Shown here in pieces: positions 46,870 through 59,487 of a stretch of 64,000 nt of DNA. The first letter of the stretch is position 1; every line of letters starts with the position of its first letter. Origin of the DNA: Macrostomum hystrix. Lineage: Eukaryota > Animalia > Platyhelminthes. The position numbers and the translations under genes are program-made. The notes under the pieces are model-generated. The model was not told the DNA's origin. It was given only the letters and a program-made list of their open reading frames with translations, and did no database searches. Where the stretch lies: the NCBI GenBank assembly GCA_950097015.1, contig CATNEN010000026.1, positions 1,426,001 through 1,490,000 on the forward strand. The letters are read 5' to 3'.

Positions 46870-49800
46870 ATGACCGATAGTGGAAGGCTTTTATTGCCTT
46901 CTGTGTTGTTTGCCATGTTACTACTTTTCAAGGATATTTCTAGCCCTTTAAATGTAGACTCTAACTCCCATGCCAATAAGCCTCTTGTACCAGAGGAAAA
47001 ATCATTGCCGAAGCCAAAGCTCTCAATTCCAACATTGAAAGTTCTCTACTGGTATGTAAAAAGTATTTAGTATTTGTAACTTTCTCACTATTTGTAACTC
47101 CTTTGTATTTACAATTGTTTTCGGATCCTAGACACTTCGTCATCTTACAACTTCGTCATCCACTTGGAAGGTAGGACACTTCGTCATCCAGCCAATTGGC
47201 ATGCTTTAAAGTTTGGTCAGTTCGTCATCTACTAATAACAAGCAATCAATTTCGTCATCAATAAAGTGAGGGTGGGGTGGTGGGGCAGAGGTTTGAACGC
47301 ACTTCACACTCTAAATTGTCAAAAAGAGGTGTCAAAACTGATTTCATTATAAGTGTTGAAAGATAGGTGCTAACACGATGTGAGGAGGGGTGGGGAGTGG
47401 TGGTTCTGTTGTAACTTTGAAAACTTTTGTTTTATAGATGACGAAGTGTTCTTAAGTCTAAGTCTCTTCGTCATCCACCCTCTAAGATATTGGACAGATC
47501 GTCATCTGGATGACAAAGTTGTAAGATGACGAAGTGTCCAGGTACCTTGTTTTCAATAGGTAGCTAAGTAGCTTGTGACTTGAGTTAGTGAGTAAAGGTG
47601 AGGTTGGAATTTCATGAAATTGGTGGGAGTCTAGGACATGTAGGGTTTTGACAGTGGAGTCAAGTAAGTATATTACAAGTTTAAATAGTTAATACTTTTT
47701 TTCTCAAATTTTTAGCTAGGTGCTTAGGCCTATCAATAATTTAATGTAGGCCCTATCCATTGTGGGCCTATTTATATATAGCTACAAGATATGATAGCCC
47801 CATAGTCCTGCAGGTGGCATAGTGTGTGCCTGAACATATTTTAGGAGTAAAATCTGTGCCCCAACTATACAAAAACTGTGCATCATCTGTACACCATTTA
47901 CTATTATTAAAATAATAATTATTAGGCTAAGGGAACTTAAATTAAGTTAGGCCTATATTTTGAAAGGTAAAGGTAATTGGGTTATGGAAGTTGATTCTTG
48001 TGTTTATTAATTGTCTATCACATTGATTACTGGCCTAGTATATAGACAATTCAGATTAGATTTTAATAATGTAAATGTAGTGATGACCCATTTTATTAAT
48101 GTTAAGCCTATATTGTGTAGCTTATCTCATGATGAATTACAAAGTTTGTTTAGATATTTAAAGAGTATTTTTAGGCAAATAAAAGTTGAGCTGGAGTCAC
48201 TTGCACTTGGTTATAACTTTAGGCTATTACAAATAGAATAACAATGAAATTTAGAATATTTCAATACATGAATATTTGTTGCATAAAAATACCTTATAAA
48301 GATAAAGATATATTGCATCATAAAGAAAAAAATGTAACACTAGGCTCCCTAAACCTTAATCCTATAATAAAAAATAAAAATGCTTTGCTTGCAAAGCAGG
48401 AAAAGTGTCAAGATGATTGCTAAGACTGGTACCACATGAAAATACTGTTGAGAAAAGCCTAAAAGCAAAGAAACAATGGCCATGCCACATGAAAAGTCTA
48501 TCGTGATATGCATAAAAGCAAAGAAACAATGGCCATGCTACAAGAACAGTCTGTCGTGATATGCATAAAAGCAAAGAAACAATGGCCATGCTGCACAAAA
48601 AGTCTGTCATGATATGCATAAAAGCAAAGAAGCAAAGGGTTTCTAAGATGCAAAGATTACAAAACAAAACCATTGATCATCTTTGCAGCAGCAATGTGGT
48701 GAAGTGGTGAAAGTGTTATTATTGAGCTGATTTGTCTGTTCTACACAATCTTTCGACTTCTACATGTATCTACCAGAATTCAGAAATGTTTCTGTATATA
48801 TGGCTGTTGTTCATGGCTGCTGCGAAGATGATCAATGGTTTTGTTGATGATCAAAGATGATCAAATGTCATTAATTATAACCATTAAAAGTAGAATACTC
48901 ACCACAAGAAAAATGTCTATGTCTTGAGATTGTTGATAATGAGTCAATACCTGTTCATGGTATCTTGTAAGCTAATATTTGAGATGTCAGGTGCAATTTT
49001 CATTATTGAATTCTTTGATGCAGACTGAATTGTCAACATGTTGCATAGCTAAAAAATACTGTTGTAACTCAACTTGCAATACTTCTATTATCAGAGACTC
49101 ATAGGGCAATGGCTCTCAAAGGTAGTGCAGTTGAAAATTTCAGCATTGCAGCTGATGAACAAATTGCAGTTTGCTTATGTAGCAAGAAATCTTTGTTACT
49201 ATCCGCACTATATGCAGAGTGGAATTAGTCACGGACTGGCAAAAAAAATGTGGCTGCAATACTTGCTCAGCAACAGTGCTCTTAAGCTGCGGGGTGGAGT
49301 TTCAAGTAGGCCAAGTGCTGTAGGTTGGTCTTAATAGATTGCATGTGCTGACAAGCGTGCATCGTGACTTTGGTTGTTTGAATGGTCGCTTGATTCGTTG
49401 CTTTCAGTAGGTCACAACATTAATTTATATTTCTTTTTTTCTGCTTGTGCTTGTGTCACAAGGTGTGACACTTGGTCTGGTGCTCGTTCACTTGAAAGTA
49501 ATTGAGTGACTGTCCCCATTGCTCCGTTATAAACGCCGTGTCCAACATCTGCGTTTCGCACAACCATAACTATGGCACCAACTCCTATCACAATATTATC
49601 TGCTAGGCCGGCAGTCTCTTTCGTTGGGCGACTTCCACAGACTAACTCTAGAAGCTCATTGCGAGTTACTGTTCTATTTTCATCTGATATTTCTCTTGAC
49701 AAAGGCATCATTGCTTTTGCCCTTCGTCGTCTTTCCATAAGCTGATCTTCAGCCTGCAGCACTTACCAATTGATTTTTCGTTCAATTAGCATAGCCACGT

Positions 49801-52800
49801 TGAGGTTATTTACGTCAGCCATGCAGTAAGAGACATACCGGCTGCTCTCCATGCAATTCCAAGTTTATGATGTACTTTGCAACGTCTTCAGGTGCAAGTG
49901 TACTTCCGTTTTCTATGATTCTGCATTTAAGTAGATCCATGTCAGTGTTCACATCGCCGACACGCAGTCGATTTACAAGATCAACCCAGGCTTGATTGCC
50001 CGCTTGACACATGTTCTCTGTCAGCTCGATGTAGTCGAATTTATGCCAGAGTCCATTTCCATAGTCCGCAATGGCACTAATATTGTCTGGAATGTATTGA
50101 ACTCTTCGTCGTGGTTGTACGGTGACATTCTCGAAGCAGTATGGTTCATTGACCGGAGGCAGCTGCAATAAGTCGCCGGTCAACATTACATTAACGCCAC
50201 CAAATGGTGCGTCTGCAGATGCCAGGAGCCCATGTAGGGATTTTAGTAGAGAGAGGTCCAAGTTGCGTCGTAAAAGGTAATCGGCAAGCGCATCCCTGTT
50301 ATTCTCCGCCTGACTGAGTGTCACAAACCACGGATGAGAGAGGTAAGAGGCATATACAAGTAGATGCATAGCAAATTCACGAAGTCTCACTTTTTCCTGT
50401 CGTTTCTCTTCAGAAATACCACCACGCCCAAGTGGAAAAAGGTCTGGAAACATTACTTCATCCAGATGTGGTGTCTGCTCAGAGATGGGAGGGCTTGTGA
50501 TTCTAGTCTGCATGAATTCAGCCAAGTCTGCATTCGCAGGAATTTTGTCTGTGTCGCGAGGGATGGTCGAAAATTGGCCTTCGATTAAATGTATATTACA
50601 CCTTCCGGCAGCTGCCGCTCTCAGTGCAGCCTCTTCGTCGGTAGCAGTTTGAGTAAGGATGCGCTGTTGTGGTTGCAAATTCGTAGGCAGGATGCGCTCT
50701 TGGTGGATGTCTTTATCAGGTTCAACGAACTCGGCTTCAGAGTCGGTACATTCTGTTAAATCGATAAGTTCATCAGCAATGTTGAGCCGAGTAAGAGCAG
50801 CCTCGTCAATGACGTAGTGCGCATAGTGTCGGTTGTTGAGCTTAAGAATTTTTAGCGCCTCGAGAATTGCGCCTAGATCGACAATTGAGCGCCACAGTTC
50901 GCCTTTGTTTGTCTTGACATCAGCGTAGATTTTGAGCACTGATGTTGGGTCCGCAATGAGCGGAACTGTCTCCAAGACATGCCTAACGGTCTCTTCTGTT
51001 GAAATGCATAGATTCACTGAGTTTCCCCGCATCGCCTTCATCAATAATCGGTCGGGAATATTCTTACCTGGCAACCCAACCGGTCGCAGTCGCACAACAC
51101 TAACAAAGAGATGTGCTTGTGCGACCAGCATTCTTTCGTAGGCATAAGTCGTTCAATCTGCTCTGGAATTGGGTCCACGAACATCCCGTTATCTGTCATG
51201 ACTCCACCAATTGTTCCTTTTCTTACATAATCCCAGCAGCGTCTACATGTCGTCTTTGGGAGATACACATTCACTTCCTCATTGGTTGCCGTAGGTATTA
51301 GTGAATGGCGTCGAATGATCGATAGTCGAAGACCTGTGCGAGAATCCCGAAATGTCACATCATCTAGTTTGTTATAAGCACGTACAAGCTTTGAATTACA
51401 GACAAGTTCATCACACCATGCACAAGCATTCAATGGATGATCGCGTTCCGTTTGTTTAAATTCTTCGGCCATATTTGAGTAATTGCGTACAAAATACTCA
51501 ATCGTTGTGTCTGGTCGCATTGTTTTGTCAACCTCAAAATCTTCAGGTTTATAGTGACTTTTTGATGCGCCAGAAATAGCAGCGATGGTTGCCTTGAGCT
51601 GATCCATGTTTCCGTGTTCAATTATTGAGTCCAATTGGAGGAGTAAAGTTACCAGGTGACGGAGCTCATACACTCGGTCCAGAAATGTTCGAAGAGTCGC
51701 TGAGTGAATAGCAATGAGTCGCATTAGTCTAATACCATCTTCACAATCCTTGCCCCAAGAACACCAGCTTTCTTCTGGTACACACCCACGGCAGCATTCT
51801 AAGCTGTCCAGCGCTTCCATGCAGTCAAGCAGATTGTAACCATCAAATGGCGGCAGACCTTCAAGGACGTCTCCAAGTTTCTCATCCCAGCGCACAGGGT
51901 CGATGGCCCTTCTGATCATAGGCTTCGTTTGGAGGCCTTGGCAAATACGCTGCCTCCATTCCTCGTCTGTTATATTTTGAATCATTAGGACGTAGCATTT
52001 CGCTCCATGGTCCAGGCACACCTTCGCTGGGGTTAAGACTTTTATTAGACTTCCAGGCTTCCACCCGTCGAGTCCATACCAATCCGTTGCTTCAAAGGCG
52101 TGTACAATCTTGCAAACGATCTGTAAAGGCAGGTCTTCGTGTTGATGATACTGCTTGCCTGAACCTTACACTCCATATGCAGCTTCTCAAGACATTCGCG
52201 AACTAGTATAGTCGGATTGGCAGTAAGAATATTTTTTACATGCTCTATTCGATTGGCTCCATAAAGCTGGTTTGCTAGAGTCTCTTGAAAGCATTCATGT
52301 CGGCTCTTGCACTCCTGCAGGGTGCCAGTCTGGATGCAACCTTCAGGTCCAGTCAACTGCACAAGTGTAGCTAAGCTAAGCATTTTATGCAAAACCTCAA
52401 GTGGTTGCCTATAACCAATTTTTTGAAGGCAACATTGCTTTGACTTATTTGTTTGTTTGGAATTGCGAGTTGAGAAGCCATACAATATCATTAGCCAAAT
52501 TGGTTGGAAGACATGCCCTTGTTTTTATAAAAAGAAAAGAATATTGCATACCACTAAGAAAAGAACATTTAGCCTGTTGCAATTGAGTAAATATTTTTGA
52601 AATATCAATGTTTACAGTACTAAGACTAGCAATGTTATGATTAGCAATGCAGAGAGAATTTTCTGACAATGTTTTGCCAGGCTGCTGTTGATCTTTATCC
52701 TGCTCTTGGCCAAGCAGATCTATTGCAGTTGATTCTAATGCAGATAGTTCATTGTCACTAGCAAAATCTTGTTGTCCTTGTTCAAATGAAGGTACACCTA

Positions 52801-54800
52801 AAATGTAATTAGCATTAAAACGACTATATCTAGCTATATATAGGCTTTGCATTTAATTATTTTCTTTTTCGTAAGAATAAACTATATAATGCAAAGATAA
52901 ATTAAATACATCAAATACTCGTTATAAAATAAAAAGCTAATTTAAAGGTGCTATTGCCATTAATAAGAAAATTGAATTAATTGACATCGTCACACCATGC
53001 CCCTGCCCGTGCCCTGGCGGGCCTGCAGCCCTTTGGAGGGAGGACAGGACAGTGGTGAGGGTGGGTGTAAGATGTGGCGGTCGGCGGGTCGGTGACCGGC
53101 AAGGTGGTCACCCCCTGGGGGTGGTGTTTGGTGGGCCAGGTGGTCATCCCCTGGAGGTGGTGAGGGGTGGTCACCCGGGGGCTACAGCCCCCCCGCCCCC
53201 CTCCTGCGTCGCCACTGAGTTGTTGGAATAGGTCTGGCCTCAACTCAGTTGATTCTTGCAGAACCACCTTCAGTTGATCTGCCAATCCTGCCAATTGTTG
53301 AGCAGGCTGCAGAGTGAGGATCGAGGTCGCTCCTCCAGTGTTTAGTCGCATTGCCGTTGGCTGTTTAGTTGCTTTTGTGGACCAATCAGATGGTGCTAGC
53401 AATGACATAATGGTAATACTAATGAGATCAGCTGCAGTTCTAGAAGCTATATATAGCACTACTATATTTCACGAGCTTCTTTAAGCTGTTTTGCATAATT
53501 TTGCTTGTTTTTTTATCAAATTTCAAAAGGCAACTTCAGAACAAAGTGTATTGCATAACTGAGTGTAGATGTGAAAATTACAGAAACATTGATTTTTTCT
53601 CAGAACTCCATATTTGATATCACTGAACAATGAACTAACCTCCCATCCAAACACTCAACAACATTTCTAACAGCTCCTCCTGAGGATACCGCCGGGTGTT
53701 CGAGGAATTTTCCCAAGCTCTGTCGCAGAAATATCCAGCTCTGCAGATAGAGGGGGACAATTATCCTCCACCCGCATGGCGACAAATCCTATGCAGCGCT
53801 CTCTCTTGGACTAAGCTGGGCCTAATAATGGCCATTGTAATGGGCATAGATCCGTTTCCCTATTTGGGAATCCAAACGCCGCAGATGTATCGCTGGGCAC
53901 AGCAGAACCGCATGTACGCCTGCATGATGCTGTTCTTCATCGCTAACGCTGTGGAGGGCCAGCTCATTTCCACTGGCGCCTTTGAAGTAACCTTCAATGG
54001 TGAGTGGCAACTTATGGACTGAACGGATGGTGTTGACTGAATGTAATGGTTTATTAATAGACTCAAAGGATAATTTTTGACTGAAGGGCTGATAATTGAT
54101 GAAGGGATGCTGGTTTGACTAAGGGATAGCGTTCCATATAGGATGGTGGTTAGACTGAAGGGATAGTGGTTGATGAAGGGATGTTGGTTAATAAAGGGAT
54201 GGGGGTTGATGAATGGATAGTGGTTGATGAATGGATGGTATTTAATGAAGCGAGGTTGGTTGATGAAGGCATGGTGATTGATAAAGGGATAGTGGTTGAT
54301 GAAGGCATGGTATTTGATAAAGGGATGGTGGTTGATTTAGGTATGGTGGTTGATGTAGGTATGGTATTTCATGAAAGGATAGTGGTTGATGAATGGATAG
54401 TGTTTGATGAAGTCATGGTATTTGATGAAGGGATGGTGGTTGATAAAGGGATGGTGGTTAATGAAGGTATGGTGGTTGATGTAGGAATGGTATTTGATGA
54501 AGGGATGGTGGTTGATAAATGGTTGGTGGTTGATGAAGGTATGGTGGTTGATGTAGGTATGGTATTTGATGAAGGGATGGTGGTTGATAAAGGGATGGTG
54601 GTTGATGAACGAATTGGATGGGAATGCACTATGATGGACTGCCCTAAGCTTTGCGCCCCCCTATTCCTGTCCCCGCAGGTATGACAGTATGGTCGAAGCT
54701 TCAAAACGGTCGGGTGCCATCAATCGGCGAGCTAACTGGCATCATTGATAGTCACATGCTGCCAACACTGAATGGCGGCAGCGAGTCTGTCCAGCTCTAG
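46870..54800 (+). CDS. SELENOT: Selenoprotein T, with in-frame UGA (Sec) at 53681-53683
   Basis: Exons 46870-47051, 53674-53999, 54679-54800, phase-consistent (about 209 aa). Signal peptide, then LKVLYC-S-S-U-GYRRVFEEF, IEGDNY, YACMMLFF, STGAFEV, VWSKL. The Cys codon is split TG|C by the intron. Confidence 0.93.
47123..47546. mobile_element. MITE with ~40-bp GG-initial TIRs and 8-bp TSD (Merlin-like)
   Basis: TIR GGATCCTAGACACTTCGTCATCTTACAACTTCGTCATCCA versus its near-perfect inverse at the right end; TSD TTGTTTTC; subterminal repeats of CTTCGTCATC. Superfamily is an inference. Confidence 0.8.
48440..48640. repeat. ~53-bp tandem repeat (TGCATAAAAGCAAAGAAACAATGGCCATG...), 3-4 copies
   Basis: Visible direct repeats in SELENOT intron 1. 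Confidence 0.7.
49412..52021 (-). mobile_element. Internally deleted Helitron-type Rep/PIF1-helicase coding region
   Basis: Cys-rich CAWC...CRRC region and DUF6570-like segment, MFPDLFPLGRGG, then abruptly PIF1 motifs PFGGVNVMLTGDLLQLPPV, FDYIELTENMCQ, NADVGHGVYNGAMGTV. Frameshifts present; no Walker A or HUH Rep motifs seen. Confidence 0.8.
54080..54610. repeat. 18-bp degenerate minisatellite GATGAAGGGATGGTGGTT
   Basis: SELENOT intron 2. Confidence 0.9.
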
Positions 54801-55551
54801 AGATCCTACTACAAGTAGTACTGCAAATTTTATTGCAGAAGCAGATTGTTCTTTTTAAAATCAATTAAATCATTATTGAAGTTTTTTCGGACGATAGTCT
54901 GAAAATCGTGGTTAATCCAAAACAAAGCCTATGCTCGTATATTTTATCTATCTTGTTCATATTGTTACGAGCTATTTTAACCGAAACTTCTAATTTAAAA
55001 CGATAATTGTCGAGTATATATTTCTGTGTTGTGATAGTGTTTATTCAGTGTCACTAACATACGCATAAAATGAGCTAATTAAACTACTACGAGTAGAGTG
55101 AGTAGTCATGTAGGCGTATTGCTTTTCAAATGAAATTCTGATACCAATAAAAACCTTGTTTCCTTTCTAAAAATCTAACAGATGCCTTTTGTTAATGCGT
55201 ACTTATTGTCACACATTCATTCCTATCTTTGGCTGGTTGCGTATGACGCCCTTCAGTTGCTAAGCCTTAAACTCCATGCAATGACTGGAGCGGGCGTTGG
55301 GCCGATGTTTAACAGCTTATTGCCAACATTTTTATCATTGGATTTTTCCTCTTGATATTAAATGCAATTTGCTGTCATGCCCAGACCAAGGATTTGAATG
55401 ATTGTGAAAAGTTTCAAAGAATTGCAAATAAGAACATTTTAAGTAAGCAAATAGTTCTTGAACAAAAAAGTGTTGTGCAATGGTGATTTTTTCTTTTTTC
55501 TTTTTCTAGTAAAAATATAATAGCAAAGAAAATAGAAAATGCTAGGCACGC

Positions 55552-57355
55552 AGTGACATGGATGGGAATACTGGAGTCACAATGACATGGATGGGAATAC
55601 TGGAGTCACAATGACATGGATGGGAATACTGGAGTCACAGTGAGATGGATGGGAATACTGGAGTCACAATGACATGGATGGGAGTACTGGAGTCACAGTG
55701 ACATGGATGGGAATACTGGAGTCACAGTGAGATGGATGGGAATACTGGAGTCACAGTGACATGGATGGGAATACTGGAGTCACAATGAGATGGATGGGAA
55801 TACTAGAGTCACAATGACATGGATGGGAATACTGGAGTCACAATGAGATGGATGGGAATACTAGAGTCACAGTGACATGGATGGGAATACTGGAGTCACA
55901 GTGAGATGGATGGGAATACTAGAGTCACAGTGAGATGGATGGGAATACTGGAGTCACAATGAGATGGATGGGAATACTAGAGTCACAGTGACATGGATGG
56001 GAATACTGGAGTCACAGTGAGATGGATGGGAATACTAGAGTCACAGTGAGATGGATGGGAATACTAGAGTCACAGTGAGATGGATGGGAATACTGGAGTC
56101 ACAATGACATGGATGGGAATACTAGAGTCACAGTGAGATGGATGGGAATACTAGAGTCACAGTGAGATGGATGGGAATACTAGAGTCACAGTGAGATGGA
56201 TGGGAATACTGGAGTCACAATGACATGGATGGGAATACTAGAGTCACAGTGAGATGGATGGGAATACTAGAGTCACAGTGAGATGGATGGGAATACTGGA
56301 GTCACAATGACATGGATGGGAATACTAGAGTCACAGTGAGATGGATGGGAATACTAGAGTCACAGTGAGATGGATGGGAATACTGGAGTCACAATGACAT
56401 GGATGGGAATACTAGAGTCACAGTGAGATGGATGGGAATACTAGAGTCACAGTGAGATGGATGGGAATACTAGAGTCACAGTGAGATGGATGGGAATACT
56501 AGAGTCACAGTGAGATGGATGGGAATACTGGAGTCACAATGACATGGATGGGAATACTAGAGTCACAGTGAGATGGATGGGAATACTAGAGTCACAGTGA
56601 GATGGATGGGAATACTGGAGTCACAATGACATGGATGGGAATACTAGAGTCACAGTGAGATGGATGGGAATACTGGAGTCACAATGACATGGATGGGAAT
56701 ACTAGAGTCACAGTGAGATGGATGGGAATACTAGAGTCACAGTGAGATGGATGGGAATACTGGAGTCACAATGACATGGATGGGAATACTAGAGTCACAG
56801 TGAGATGGATGGGAATACTAGAGTCACAGTGAGATGGATGGGAATACTAGAGTCACAATGACATGGATGGGAATACTAGTCACAGTGAGATGGATGGGAG
56901 TACTGGAGTCACAGTGACATGGATGGGAGTACTGGAGTCACAATGACATGGATGGGAGTACTGGAGTCACAATGACATGGATGGGAATACTAGAGTCACA
57001 GTGAGATGGATGGGAATACTAGAGTCACAGTGAGATGGATGGGAATACTAGAGTCACAGTGAGATGGATGGGAGTACTGGAGTCACAATGACATGGATGG
57101 GAGTACTGGAGTCACAATGACATGGATGGGAATACTAGAGTCACAGTGAGATGGATGGGAATACTAGAGTCACAGTGAGATGGATGGGAATACTGGAGTC
57201 ACAGTGACATGGATGGGAATACTAGAGTCACAGTGAGATGGATGGGAATACTAGAGTCACAGTGACATGGATGGGAATACTGGAGTCACAGTGATATGGA
57301 TGGGAATACTAGAGTCACAGTGACATGGATGGGAATACTAGAGTCACGGTGAGAT
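55552..57355. repeat. 29-bp minisatellite GTCACAGTGAGATGGATGGGAATACTAGA
   Basis: About 60 copies filling most of the SELENOT-MRPS11 spacer. Confidence 0.96.
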
Positions 57356-57429
57356 GCGTGGGAATACTCAATATTTTGTATTCCCTAACGACCTGCTTTC
57401 CAGCTGAGCGCCAGGGACTGAAGAGCAGT

Positions 57430-58186
57430 ATGCTTCTAGGCTCCCTATGCTCAAGCCTTGCCCGTCGGTGCATCATCAGTCCGGCTGCTTTGCTAACTAG
57501 ATCGCTCAGCAGTGGCGGCAGCGGCAGTTCCCAACCTCCCGCGAACTGGGATCGCAGCGTCGATGAAAGCGACCCCACGAAGTCCCGCTCGGATGGCAGC
57601 CTAGTGTCTATGGCTGCAGCTACGCCAGCGCCCCAAGGTGTAGCTCTTGCTACTCACATGCTGCTCAATCAGCCTACGTACAATGTTCTTGGCGACGTTG
57701 TCCCGGTGAATGAGTATCACCTGTCTGAGGAGACCGCAGCCGGTGTGCCCTATCACACCTTGCCAATAGTTTATTTTGCTGCTAGGCGGAACAATTGCAT
57801 AGTTACTATTGCTGATTGTTTAGGTCGGCCAATGGCCACCACCTCTACTGGTGTTGAAGGCTTTCTAAACGCCAAGAAGTCTACGACTGTGGCTGCCCAG
57901 GTGAGCAAAGTGTTTGTTGATCAGTTGATCAGGGGGTAAGTTACTGTGTAACGGAGGGGATTAATTCTCGAGCTTCTCACAACAGGTAGTCGGCGTATCT
58001 ACGGCGCTGAAGGCCAAGAAGCTGGGCATCACGCACGCCCGCGTGGTGATTCGCGGTATGAACCAGCTCCGATTGGCCTGTCTGAAGGGCATGGCTAGCG
58101 GGGGCCTGCAGATTGTGTCCCTCACTGACAATACCAGAATTCACTACGGCAAGGGTCGCAGGCCAAGGAAGCCGCCAAGGAAATGA
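57430..58186 (+). CDS. MRPS11: Mitochondrial ribosomal protein S11 (uS11m)
   Basis: Exons 57430-57900 and 57986-58186. Mitochondrial presequence-like N-terminus, RRNNCIVTIAD, STGVEGFLNAKKSTTVAAQ, GLQIVSLTDNT, RPRKPPRK. Confidence 0.92.
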
Positions 58187-58392
58187 TAAGCAAGGACTGC
58201 AATTGTCTCCGTTCAATACCTAATGGAACTGCTATCTTATCCTATGCATTAGTTACATTTGTATAGTGCTATCTTCTATAGCAATCGAGTAGCCAGCATG
58301 TTAAATAAATTGATTGTTTGGTACAAACCAATCCTATAGCAACTGTTTTCAGGTGAGAAGCAAACTGTTCGATTTTGTTTATTAAAAACGAA

Positions 58393-58910
58393 AGTGGCAG
58401 AGCGGTTATCGCATTTGCCTCTCGTACCAAGGTCCCTGAGCTCGATTCCGCGGCGAGGCCACATTCATTTGTGTCGCAGCCACGGAGGGATGGCTTGGGG
58501 GTTTGTCGTGCAATCTACGCCATTGAGGGCCAGCTTCCAAGTCACAGTGAGAGTGTACACTGCCGGACGATGAGAAAGTCAGGGCAGATGTACACACCTG
58601 TGTGAGTGTGTGCCTGCGTACGGTATCTGTGTGCGTGTGTGCTCAGGAGTCAGCGAAATGGGCAGAATTGCCTCCTCGCTGGCTGCGGATCCACTGCCAA
58701 CAAATGATGTGCCATTCCACAGCTAGGCGCACATCTAACGAGGAAGCAATTCTGCCGATTCCACTAACTGCCGAACACACACCCAGGCACACGCTCACAC
58801 AGGTGTGTACATCTGCCCCGACTTTCTTGTCATCGTCCGGTGTACATTTGTACATTTTCACTGTGCCTAGGAGTTAGGCCCTCATGGTCGTAAATTGCAC
58901 GAACTACTAC
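58393..58910. mobile_element. Tail-to-tail inverted pair of SINE family A copies
   Basis: Plus-strand copy 58393-58700 with A- and B-boxes, then a reverse-complement partial copy at about 58735-58910. Confidence 0.8.
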
Positions 58911-59487
58911 AAGTATAAAAGTAGTTTTCGAAATGACTCGGAAGGAAAATTTAATACCAGGTAGTTTTACAATCCCTGTAGTTTTGAATTAAAAGTATGT
59001 CTTCGACGAAAAAAATATTCTAATCTGACGTGCACCTCCGTCAACGAACCAAGAAACGAACTACCAATTAAATGCTTCAATAAGTACTATGAACTCATTC
59101 AGAACAGCAGTGTACATGCAGTTTTTCTGTGCTCTAAAACGTCCGTGTGCCAGGTGTTTAAACTAATTCTTGCAATCGGGGAGGTGACCTTTCTAACTGC
59201 AGGTAAATAAATTAGACTTATTTGTGGAGAAAATTAATGGATCGGACATGCTATGTTTAAACTGCTGCAAATGCATAGTCCTTTCTGTCTATAGTTGGCA
59301 TTGCTTAGTTTAATAGCTCTTAATTTGGCTTTTGAGATAAGCTGTAACAGCTCTAAAAAGCGAATAAAGATAAAGTAACGATGTACTTTCATCGGAACTC
59401 ATCAAGTTGCCAAAAGATCGTGAGTAGAAATTGTCATCTTATGATGGTCGCATGACTAGAATTTGTGTTTATATGTTATTTTTCACA

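Noticed and set aside
55236-55310. SECIS candidate ATGACGCCC...AAA...GGGCG in the SELENOT 3' region
   Set aside because: It forms a bulged stem but lacks the 3' GA needed for the non-Watson-Crick quartet and lies beyond an AATAAA; not supportable by eye.
55552-57355. Possible CRISPR array (29-bp repeats), also considered for the other arrays
   Set aside because: Units are head-to-tail with no unique spacers, there are no cas genes, and the context is eukaryotic.
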